DNA from: a virus
Lineage: Duplodnaviria > Caudoviricetes
Direction: 5' to 3' (one strand)
DNA: 64,000 nt
Virus record (IMG/VR): IMGVR_UViG_3300042914_002678
How positions within the stretch are numbered: position 1 is the first letter of the stretch; every line of letters begins with the position of its first letter. The translations under genes and the position numbers were made by a program. Below the pieces are notes generated by a model, which saw nothing but the letters and a program-made list of their open reading frames with translations, searched no databases and was not told the DNA's origin. This document shows, piece after piece, positions 56,513 to 64,000 of the stretch.

Positions 56513-57161
56513 CTTCTTCAAGTTTTATGACGAGAAGAACCCTAACCACGTCAAAGCAGTTCAGTGGTTGGAAGATAACCTCCCAGTCAAGTATCTAGAA
56601 GATAATATTGATTGGGCGGAGATTTATAGGGGAAAAAAGGGTAATGCGGCACCAGCATCAGCACCAACTGCTGCCGCTACTGTAGCAGGTGGTGATGATA
56701 TGCCTATGATGGGTCTAAAACTCATCAAAGAGTTTGAAGGATGTCATTTAAATGCATATCCTGATCCTCTCACAGGTGGACTTCCAATCACAATTGGTTG
56801 GGGTTCAACCCGTAAGAAGGATGGATCTCACTTTAAACTTGGTGATACTTTGACTCAACAAGAAGCAGATTCACTTCTTATTGAACAGTGTAAGAATGAA
56901 TTTCTTCCTGCACTTCGCAAAATCCCACACTGGAATGAAATGTCTGATGGAAAAAGAGGCGCTCTGCTCAGCTTTGCTTATAATCTTGGTGCCGGTTTTT
57001 ACGGTGGTGATAACTTTAATACTATTACTAAACGCCTGAAGAATAAAGAGTGGGATATGGTTCCTGATGCGCTTTATCTTTACAGAAATCCTGGTTCAAA
57101 TGTAGAAGCAGGTCTTGCTCGTAGAAGAAAAGCAGAAGGTGAAGCTTGGAAAAAAAGTTAA
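56490..57161 (+). CDS. GH24 phage lysozyme with a shared N-terminal module
   Basis: IKEFEGCHLNAYPD...TIGWG, ALLSFAYNLG, GLARRRKAE. Confidence 0.93.
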   Translation: MARIDLHNFFKFYDEKNPNHVKAVQWLEDNLPVKYLEDNIDWAEIYRGKKGNAAPASAPTAAATVAGGDDMPMMGLKLIKEFEGCHLNAYPDPLTGGLPITIGWGSTRKKDGSHFKLGDTLTQQEADSLLIEQCKNEFLPALRKIPHWNEMSDGKRGALLSFAYNLGAGFYGGDNFNTITKRLKNKEWDMVPDALYLYRNPGSNVEAGLARRRKAEGEAWKKS

Positions 57162-57180
57162 CTTCACACACTAAACTACA

Positions 57181-57522
57181 ATGACTAACAAGAAAAACGA
57201 AAATGCTATGGGACAATTAATTCGTATATGTATTTTGGGTTGGTCTGCTGCTCTTCTGACTGCAAGTTATGCTGGTACTCTATCTAAGATGGACCCAACA
57301 TTTATTGCAACAGTTTTCACTGCATCTGCCGCCACTTTTGGTATTAATACTATGAAGAAAGGTGGAGATGAAGAAGACGAAAAGAAAGGAGAACCAAAAA
57401 GAGAAGAGTTTGTAGAAGCACCTCCAGAACCACCAGCACCTGAAGTAACCACTTCAGAGCAATCTCTTGAAGAAAGAGTAGAAGTTCTTGAAGGTCAAGT
57501 TCAACCACGTACAGGAGCATAA
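57181..57522 (+). CDS. Two-TM membrane protein (holin candidate)
   Basis: ICILGWSAALLTASY and FIATVFTASAATFGI, charged tail; follows the lysozyme gene. Confidence 0.6.
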   Translation: MTNKKNENAMGQLIRICILGWSAALLTASYAGTLSKMDPTFIATVFTASAATFGINTMKKGGDEEDEKKGEPKREEFVEAPPEPPAPEVTTSEQSLEERVEVLEGQVQPRTGA

Positions 57523-57638
57523 TGGCAAAGTCAGCAAACAAAGCTAAGAAAGGTGGAGCAGGTTCTGCTAATAATAAAAAGCAGAACTCTGGAAACGCCA
57601 ATGCCAATAAAGCAAAAAATGGAGGCAAGAAAAAATAA
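57522..57638 (+). CDS. 38-aa basic low-complexity peptide
   Basis: Read by hand: MAKSANKAKKGGAGSANNKKQNSGNANANKAKNGGKKK; GGAG RBS, TAATG overlaps. Confidence 0.6.
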   Translation: MAKSANKAKKGGAGSANNKKQNSGNANANKAKNGGKKK

Positions 57639-57802
57639 TGTTACTAGAAATTTTAATTGCTGGTAATATTATAATTGGACCTAATTTATGTGCGGTTGAT
57701 TTTATACATAAAGGACAACTTTATACAGTTGAATACAAATGCCAAGAGAATGGAACACTCCAAAGAGGGAGTGTTGGAACGCTCCAATCCACCAAATATT
57801 GA
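57638..57802 (+). CDS. Small hypothetical protein (54 aa)
   Basis: Read by hand: MLLEILIAGNIIIGPNLCAVDF... Confidence 0.45.
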   Translation: MLLEILIAGNIIIGPNLCAVDFIHKGQLYTVEYKCQENGTLQRGSVGTLQSTKY

Positions 57803-57939
57803 AAGCTATAGATAATCACACCCGTCTTTTTATGGAGACGGGTGATTTTTGGCATGAAGAACAGGCCCAGATCTTGAGAAAGTATGTAAAAGATTTGAAA
57901 GTCTGGATTCATAAACAAGAAGGATGGTGGGATGAATGA
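57739..57939 (+). CDS. Hypothetical protein
   Basis: MPREWNTPKRECWN..., ATGA coupling to the next gene. Confidence 0.6.
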   Translation: MPREWNTPKRECWNAPIHQILKAIDNHTRLFMETGDFWHEEQAQILRKYVKDLKVWIHKQEGWWDE

Positions 57940-58682
57940 AAAAAATCCTAGCAACAATTGGTTTATCATTAACTTTAGTTGGTCCAGTATATGCTGATAA
58001 GTTGTTAAGAACACAACCAACAGTAAGACCTTATAGTGCAGAGGCAATGGGTTGTATGATTCTTTTGGAATGTACTGAAGGTGTAGAAAAACTTTCAGTG
58101 GATTCTGAATTACTAAAAAAACCAGACTTTGATCCATTCAGAGAGGAATTGAAAAGGATTATTATCGCTCTTGATAGTGTAAATGTTCCAGTTTATGTTG
58201 CACCAGAAAGATATTTTACTCCAAGGACAGTAGGATTGTATAAACCAAACTACAACCGTTTCTTTGTTAATGAAACTCTTCTTAAAGATCCAAGAGAGTT
58301 TTTAGGAACACTGAGACACGAAGGATGGCATGTTGTTCAGGATTGTATGGGTGGTGGATTGCAAACATCCTTTATGGCTCAAGTGCATCAGGATAGTGAA
58401 ATTCCTGCTTGGATTATGAAAAATACTAGATTAACTTATGAGTCAATGATGCAAAGTCGTGCTATTCCTTGGGAGGCAGACGCAAACTGGGCAGAAGAAC
58501 AATCGAATGTAACTGCTGAAAAGATAGAAATGTGCGCCAAGGGTCCTTTATGGGATCAAATTCGCCCAACACCAATGACTATGGATTGGTTGATTGGGTG
58601 TGGATATATGAAACCACAGGAAGGAAAGTATCCATACTATCCAAATAAAAGAGTAGAGTATTGTACTGAAGGTAAGTATTGA
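57936..58682 (+). CDS. Secreted HExxH metallopeptidase-like protein
   Basis: Signal peptide MKKILATIGLSLTLVGPVYA; LRHEGWHVVQDC; EADA. Confidence 0.7.
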   Translation: MKKILATIGLSLTLVGPVYADKLLRTQPTVRPYSAEAMGCMILLECTEGVEKLSVDSELLKKPDFDPFREELKRIIIALDSVNVPVYVAPERYFTPRTVGLYKPNYNRFFVNETLLKDPREFLGTLRHEGWHVVQDCMGGGLQTSFMAQVHQDSEIPAWIMKNTRLTYESMMQSRAIPWEADANWAEEQSNVTAEKIEMCAKGPLWDQIRPTPMTMDWLIGCGYMKPQEGKYPYYPNKRVEYCTEGKY

Positions 58683-58834
58683 TGGACCAGTTCCCTTGGG
58701 GTGTTGTTATAATATTAGGATGTGGTCTTAGTTTTACTGCATATATCATTTACTACATATTAAAGTTAGCACACGAGGAGATGAAAGATGAAGAATTTAG
58801 CAATCATTCTGTCAGCGACGAGTCTGGCAATTAG
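58682..58834 (+). CDS. Small single-TM protein (50 aa)
   Basis: Read by hand: MDQFPWGVVIILGCGLSFTAYIIYYILKL. Confidence 0.55.
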   Translation: MDQFPWGVVIILGCGLSFTAYIIYYILKLAHEEMKDEEFSNHSVSDESGN

Positions 58835-59000
58835 TGGAGCACTTTGTTATGGTGCTTATGTGACTTATCAAAAAGCACAGAAGATTCTTGAGAATCCAGA
58901 AGAGTTTGTTGGAAAGGTTGTAGAAAATCAAGTTAATAAGGCATTTGAAAAGTTGCCTATTCCTAAACTAAATACTGAGAAGTTTAAGTTACCTTTCTGA
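58788..59000 (+). CDS. Small membrane protein
   Basis: N-terminal hydrophobic helix. Confidence 0.6.
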   Translation: MKNLAIILSATSLAISGALCYGAYVTYQKAQKILENPEEFVGKVVENQVNKAFEKLPIPKLNTEKFKLPF

Positions 59001-59410
59001 TGGATAAGGATCCTTACATTTACAGAATTAAGTCTGTAGGAAGAGTAGTAGATGGTGATACTATTGATGCGTCAATAGACTTAGGATTTGATATTGCATT
59101 GGAAAAAAGAATTCGTCTTGCTGGGGTTGATACTCCAGAAAGTAGAACAACCGACCTCAAAGAGAAGGCAATGGGTCTTGAATCAAAAGAATGGTTGAAG
59201 AAAAAACTTGAAGGTGCTAAAGATATTATCATCAAGACAGAACTTCCAGATAGTACAGAGAAGTATGGACGTATTATTGGACATTTGTTTATTAACGGAC
59301 AAGAAACTTCATTGAATAACCAAATGATTATCGAAGGTTATGCTCTCGCATATGACGGGGGAACAAAAGATAAAAACTTTGATGTTCTCAAACAAATCAG
59401 AAATAAATGA
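59000..59410 (+). CDS. Thermonuclease (SNase-like) protein
   Basis: VVDGDTID, RIRLAGVDTPE, KYGRIIG. Confidence 0.88.
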   Translation: MDKDPYIYRIKSVGRVVDGDTIDASIDLGFDIALEKRIRLAGVDTPESRTTDLKEKAMGLESKEWLKKKLEGAKDIIIKTELPDSTEKYGRIIGHLFINGQETSLNNQMIIEGYALAYDGGTKDKNFDVLKQIRNK

Positions 59411-59622
59411 TTTACTTTAATATTGTTAGATTGTTTATTATTATTTGGGCAGCACTTATGATTTCTGCTGTAGAATCTGTTGCGATTCGTACAGAAGGGC
59501 AGGTAGAACTTGAAACTACAAGCAGAGATGCATATGCAAAAGTTCTTGTGCTTGCTGTTGGTTCTTTTCTTGGTGATGCTGCTTTCAAACTAAAGAAGAA
59601 AAATGAAACTAGCGATTCTTGA
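59407..59622 (+). CDS. Small two-TM protein
   Basis: Two hydrophobic segments, ATGA coupling. Confidence 0.55.
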   Translation: MIYFNIVRLFIIIWAALMISAVESVAIRTEGQVELETTSRDAYAKVLVLAVGSFLGDAAFKLKKKNETSDS

Positions 59623-59836
59623 TTTCTTAATCGTCTTAAGATTGCTCACTAATGATGGTATAATGCTTGAAAATAGAAGACCTATTCCTAAAAGACAACC
59701 ACCAGAAGTGATTCGTTTTGTTAGGAGACCCGCAAAAAGAGGTCGTAAAAAATCGTTACAGTTTGGTACTACTTTGTTAAATAGTAAAGATTTGTTTAAG
59801 GTGTTGCATAATGACACAAGCACCAGCAAAAGATAA
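59603..59836 (+). CDS. Hypothetical protein
   Basis: ORF in the co-directional cluster. Confidence 0.5.
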   Translation: MKLAILDFLIVLRLLTNDGIMLENRRPIPKRQPPEVIRFVRRPAKRGRKKSLQFGTTLLNSKDLFKVLHNDTSTSKR

Positions 59837-59948
59837 GGAAGAAAAGAGGGAAAAAGATAATATTTTTCTTGAAATATTCTATAGTCTTTTAGTTCAACTT
59901 CCCATTATTGTAGTTACTTGGATAATATCAAAATTTGATTGGGATTAA
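59811..59948 (+). CDS. Small membrane protein (45 aa)
   Basis: Read by hand: ...IFLEIFYSLLVQLPIIVVTWII... Confidence 0.5.
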   Translation: MTQAPAKDKEEKREKDNIFLEIFYSLLVQLPIIVVTWIISKFDWD

Positions 59949-60781
59949 AAGGATAATCGAGCAGATAGTTTTTTAGCAATTTTTTTAGCGGGGGCAAAGA
60001 GAGACTTGAATCTTTCTTTGCCTTCTTTTGTAAATTTGTCTGATATTACGTCGTCGATAATAATTTTATTATCGATTTCATAAAGAGCATTAATTTCCAC
60101 TTGGTCACGAATATATTGTTCTACATTATCAACTTGCTCTACAAGACGAGTTCCTTCTGCCGAATATTCAAAGATATCGATGTGTCCACCTTCTGCCATT
60201 ACATAGTGAAGAACAGGTTTAACATGTTTGATTTTAATTTTAAACTTGTTCTTTGTTGCTTCTTTAATCAATGGTTCCGCAGCATTTTTTAATGCATTAA
60301 GAACTGTTGTGGATGCAATAGTAGCAGCAGTTGTAACTACTGCGACAGCACCAGCCGTAGCAACAAGAGAAGGATCAGGTAAATTAATATCGACTCCATA
60401 AGCAGTGAAACTAGGTTGAGGTTTATTTGCTGGGACTTCTGTAACTGGAGTGGGAACAGGAGTTTGAGTAGGAGGGGTTTGAGCAACCTGAGGCAGTTGA
60501 GGAGGGGGGGTAGTATCAGGTAATCCTCTCTCTTTTGGTTTCTCTTCTTGTGCTTGTTTTTGACGTTCTGCATTTACTGCAGCATCAAACTCTGCTTGAG
60601 TCGGTACATTAATAACTGGATACTTGATTGTAATATTTGGTACATCAACAACAGGAACTTCTAATCCACGAACTACTGGTGCTTCTGTTGATCTAACAAC
60701 TGGGGGATTTATTGTTGGAATGATACTAGGACCAGTAATTCTTATGTTAGTGCTTTGTATCTCAATTGGGTTTATTTCCAT
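59945..60781 (-). CDS. Pro-rich protein with a central hydrophobic segment
   Basis: PTPV-rich region, LVATAGAVAVVTTAATIA. Confidence 0.7.
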   Translation of the reverse strand: MEINPIEIQSTNIRITGPSIIPTINPPVVRSTEAPVVRGLEVPVVDVPNITIKYPVINVPTQAEFDAAVNAERQKQAQEEKPKERGLPDTTPPPQLPQVAQTPPTQTPVPTPVTEVPANKPQPSFTAYGVDINLPDPSLVATAGAVAVVTTAATIASTTVLNALKNAAEPLIKEATKNKFKIKIKHVKPVLHYVMAEGGHIDIFEYSAEGTRLVEQVDNVEQYIRDQVEINALYEIDNKIIIDDVISDKFTKEGKERFKSLFAPAKKIAKKLSARLSF

Positions 60782-60843
60782 ACGTTTTAGTATTCTAATT
60801 AATACTTATTATAAATAATACTGATAATATATTTAAGATAATT

Positions 60844-61509
60844 ATGAAATATTATACTTATGCATATTTGCGTGAAGATGGAACACCTTATTATATTGGC
60901 AAAGGAAAAGAAAATAGAATATACAAAAAACATATTGTTCCAATTCCCACAGAGGATAGAATTTTATTTTTGAAGAAAAATATTTCTGAAGAAGATGCAA
61001 TTAAACACGAAGTTTATATGATTTCAATATTTGGTAGAAAAAATAATGGAACTGGAATTTTGAGAAATCTTACTGATGGTGGCGAAGGAAGTTCTGGAAG
61101 AAAATTATCAAAAGAAACTATTGAAAGAATGAGTATTGCTGCTAAAAATCGCAAGATAAGTGATGAAGGACGAAAAAAATTAAGTGAAAGAAGTAAAAGA
61201 ATGGGAAAATGGAAAGGTGAAGATAATCCAGGATCAAAAATGAAGGGATTAAAAAGAGATAAACCTTTCACTGAAGAACATAAGAAAAAAATTTCATTAT
61301 CAAATACTGGAAAAAAACATAATAGAGACATTAAACCATTGACAAATTGCAGAAAAATAAAAGTTTATTTTGTTGATGGTTCTATTATTGAATGTTGGGG
61401 TATTAGAGAATTTGAAAGGCAATACGGATATTTGCCAAAACCAGATAGTAGAACTGGAAAATTTTATGGTAAAGCAAAAAATATATTAAAAGTAGAAACT
61501 ATTTTGTAA
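60844..61509 (+). mobile_element. GIY-YIG homing endonuclease (NUMOD3-like), antisense to its flanks
   Basis: YYTYAYLREDGTPYYIGKGK, NLTDGGEG, TEEHKKKISLS; TATAAATA upstream. Confidence 0.88.
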
Positions 61510-62095
61510 TTTTAGAAATAACTTTGCCATCACCAGTCATTAAATATCCATTTGGTGATGGTCCAACTATATCAGCACATACTTTTCCATAAGGACTTTC
61601 TGGATGAAAGAATCCACCAGATTTAATTACTTCTAAGCACTTCAAAATTCTTACAAGCTCAAAATCTAAACGACTTTTTTCATATTCACTTTGCTGCCTA
61701 GCAATTTCAGTTGCCGCTCTTTTTTTGCACAAACTCATTAGATCACCATCTAATGGAATATTCAGACCAGCAGAAATGCCCCAGTTTCCATTGCGTGATG
61801 CAAATGTTTCTGGGTCATCACTTGCATTATTACTACTCATTAAAAATGGAGATACTGAAAAAGTTGCTCCTTGGCAACTTACACCACCACCATAAGTGTT
61901 CAATGCATATGGACCTTGTAACACCTGAACTGCTTGGTTTGTTACGTTACCAGTTGCAGATGCTGAAGGTCCTGCAATATTCGTATTACTTGGTGCTGGA
62001 GTGCTTTGTGCAAATGCAGTTCCAGTTGAAATTATTGCGTAAAGACAGAAATTGATGTAGTGGTGGATTGTGTTTCTGTGGTGCGATCTATCCAT
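61499..62095 (-). CDS. Signal-peptide protein, conserved cyanophage type
   Basis: ...TGTAFAQ, ASATGNVTNQAVQ, GVSCQG, NWGISAGLNIPL; start uncertain. Confidence 0.7.
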   Translation of the reverse strand: MDRSHHRNTIHHYINFCLYAIISTGTAFAQSTPAPSNTNIAGPSASATGNVTNQAVQVLQGPYALNTYGGGVSCQGATFSVSPFLMSSNNASDDPETFASRNGNWGISAGLNIPLDGDLMSLCKKRAATEIARQQSEYEKSRLDFELVRILKCLEVIKSGGFFHPESPYGKVCADIVGPSPNGYLMTGDGKVISKITK

Positions 62096-62391
62096 GTTTC
62101 TTTTGCCACTCCAGGGCCGAGATAGGTTTCACTGAACTGGAATGGAGCACCTTGAGTCATAATACTGTAGTTTGCTCCCTGTTGAGGAGTGCCAGGAATG
62201 TTAATATTAGTTCCAGTCACAGTATATGATGTGCCAGTTGTATATTCAACTTGGCGAATTGTTTCTATTACTTTTGTAGTAGATTCTGTAGTTGCATTGA
62301 TTGTGCCTCTGGTGAAATTAGGCACAACAGATTCTGCTAGGGCAGGGCAAGAAAACCCTATCAGGAATAAACCTGCTAGGATATGTCTCAT
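62032..62391 (-). CDS. Signal-peptide beta-rich protein
   Basis: MRHILAGLFLIGFSCPALA; ends SISVFTQ. Confidence 0.75.
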   Translation of the reverse strand: MRHILAGLFLIGFSCPALAESVVPNFTRGTINATTESTTKVIETIRQVEYTTGTSYTVTGTNINIPGTPQQGANYSIMTQGAPFQFSETYLGPGVAKETWIDRTTETQSTTTSISVFTQ

Positions 62392-62849
62392 TTGAATACG
62401 CTCAATTCAATACTACGTTGAGCAGTAGCAGAAGTTCCTGCGCCACCAGCAGTAACAGTAGGAACACCAGTTGGGGAAAGAGTACCTGCAAGAGTTCCTT
62501 TCTCACCACCAACTTGAGTTACACTATCTCCATAGAGATTGGGAGAACCAATAACACCAGTGGTTACAGTTTGAGTAGTAACAGGAGTATCAGCAGCATT
62601 GATACTTTCTGAGAAACTAAATGCTTGACCTGGAGTATTGATATCATAGGTTCCAGCACCACCTACACCACCAAAGGATGTGGATTGGATATTGGTTCCT
62701 GATGCGGAATACGAAGCACCAATTCGGGTTGATTGAACTGCGGCACCATCAACTTTCAATTGAACGGAATCAGTAATTTTTGATGTAATTTCAGCAGCAT
62801 TAACTGGGATTGCGAAGAATAACGAAAAGGCTAATAGAAGTCTTTTCAT
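62388..62849 (-). CDS. Signal-peptide Thr/Gly-rich protein
   Basis: MKRLLLAFSLFFAIPVNA; ends ELSVFK; CTAAATA upstream on the minus strand. Confidence 0.75.
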   Translation of the reverse strand: MKRLLLAFSLFFAIPVNAAEITSKITDSVQLKVDGAAVQSTRIGASYSASGTNIQSTSFGGVGGAGTYDINTPGQAFSFSESINAADTPVTTQTVTTGVIGSPNLYGDSVTQVGGEKGTLAGTLSPTGVPTVTAGGAGTSATAQRSIELSVFK

Positions 62850-62889
62850 TTTCTTATTTTGTGATAAACACTACAAGTATTTAGTGTTT

Positions 62890-64000
62890 TTATCTTGGAA
62901 TAACTGGCAAATAAAACACTCTTGACTGTGTTTGTCTTGTGGTAGGTGCTGTATAGTTTGCTATTCTATCTATTTCTGTCCAATTACTATTATCGTTTGA
63001 ACCATAAATTATCCATGATTTTGGATCTTGGGTATTGTCATTATCTGCTGTAGACCACTTGTAACTAGTTATATTTGTTGAAACTCCTAAATTAAATATT
63101 ACGTCTACACTTAATGAAGAACTTGTAAATTTAGTTGCGGTATTTAAATCTATTAGATTTTCTGGATTTGATCCTGCTGAACTGGTTACTGATGTTGAAC
63201 TTGAATATAAAATTTCTGATTGATTATAATATAATTTAAATTCTGATGCTTGTGTTGACGTGGGTGAACTTCTAGATTCTGTTATTTGCCATTTTATATA
63301 TTGGTAGGTGAGGTAAAGATCTTGTGTGTTTCTAGTTGGAAATTTGCGACTTAATCTTGGACCCCAGATAAGTCTTACTGCCCCATTCCCTCCATCTTCG
63401 TATTCTACAAGAGTATTATCTGATCCAGCACCTCCTCCTCCAAAATTTCCCGGTTTTGAGGGATTATATGGACTGTCATCATAAAGTGGCAATGTTGCAT
63501 CTTCTCCTCCAGATCCGCCTTTTCCCCCAGATCCATCACCAGTAGAACCAGAACCACCTAAACCACTAGAACCTTCTCCATATACTCCTACTCCTCCTCC
63601 AGATCCAGCGGTATCAACTCCACCACTTCCACCACCACCACCTGCTCCTCCACCAGACCCGGAAGATCCAGACGTACCTACATTAGACACAACATCTCCA
63701 CCCTTTCCTCCATTTCCAGAATATCCACCGGCACCGCCGCCTCCTCCAGAATCGTCAGCAGATCCTCCCCTTGTACCTCCGTTTCCGCCATTTCCACCTC
63801 CTTCTCCAACAAATGATCCACCAAGACCAGATGTATTATTAGCACCTATTGCACCTTGTCCTCCATTACCTGCAACTGTTGAAGAGTTTATAAAGTAACT
63901 TTGACCACCAGAACCAGCTCTAGTTGTACTATTAATAATTCTAGTTCCTCCTTTTCCAACTTGAATCGTATATGTATTTCCTGGTGTTACCGGTATTATA
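62890..64000 (-). CDS. Glycine-rich tail-fibre-like protein with a C-terminal F5/8C (discoidin)-like domain; 5' end lies beyond the window
   Basis: The frame stays open upstream of the track start (IPVTPGNTYTIQVGKGG...GGGGGAGGY); C-terminal QDPKSWIIYGSNDNSNWTEID. Confidence 0.8.
   Translation of the reverse strand, partial: IIPVTPGNTYTIQVGKGGTRIINSTTRAGSGGQSYFINSSTVAGNGGQGAIGANNTSGLGGSFVGEGGGNGGNGGTRGGSADDSGGGGGAGGYSGNGGKGGDVVSNVGTSGSSGSGGGAGGGGGSGGVDTAGSGGGVGVYGEGSSGLGGSGSTGDGSGGKGGSGGEDATLPLYDDSPYNPSKPGNFGGGGAGSDNTLVEYEDGGNGAVRLIWGPRLSRKFPTRNTQDLYLTYQYIKWQITESRSSPTSTQASEFKLYYNQSEILYSSSTSVTSSAGSNPENLIDLNTATKFTSSSLSVDVIFNLGVSTNITSYKWSTADNDNTQDPKSWIIYGSNDNSNWTEIDRIANYTAPTTRQTQSRVFYLPVIPR

Noticed and set aside
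1-64000. CRISPR array or long tandem repeat
   Set aside because: I saw no regularly spaced repeat-spacer structure. Only hairpins, promoter repeats and coding microrepeats are present.
63400-64000. GC-rich Gly-codon repeats as a possible foreign island
   Set aside because: They are explained by the glycine-rich tail-fibre-type coding sequence on the minus strand.

Overview
A 64 kb segment of a T4-like cyanophage genome (Kyanoviridae-type myovirus). The host is a cyanobacterium, judged from pebS, a cobS-like ATPase and a DUF3110-like gene; a freshwater picocyanobacterial host is only my inference. The window covers the head and tail module (gp17-gp23, gp3), recombination and late transcription (uvsY, uvsW, gp55, gp47, gp46), and replication (gp45, gp44, gp62, regA, gp43, uvsX, gp41, gp61, nrdA, nrdB). 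It also holds two tRNAs, AMGs and accessory enzymes (pebS, vWA/CobS pair, hsp20, mazG, dam, a GT17 glycosyltransferase), a lysis-like region, and minus-strand genes for secreted and glycine-rich proteins. Six apparently intact free-standing homing endonucleases and one remnant are present. Several sit behind RBS-occluding hairpins that contain a T4 late promoter, and one has captured the 3' end of gp41. The most unusual feature is a dispersed family of late-promoter genes built from shared acidic modules (N-terminal LxE/KxYxxIY, internal EGYA...MSEEW, LQNAHY and MSYEPEGE linkers) alternating with unrelated, often basic cargo segments. These look like prohead-protease-processed internal-head polyproteins. 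All family assignments come from motif recognition by eye; no database search was run.
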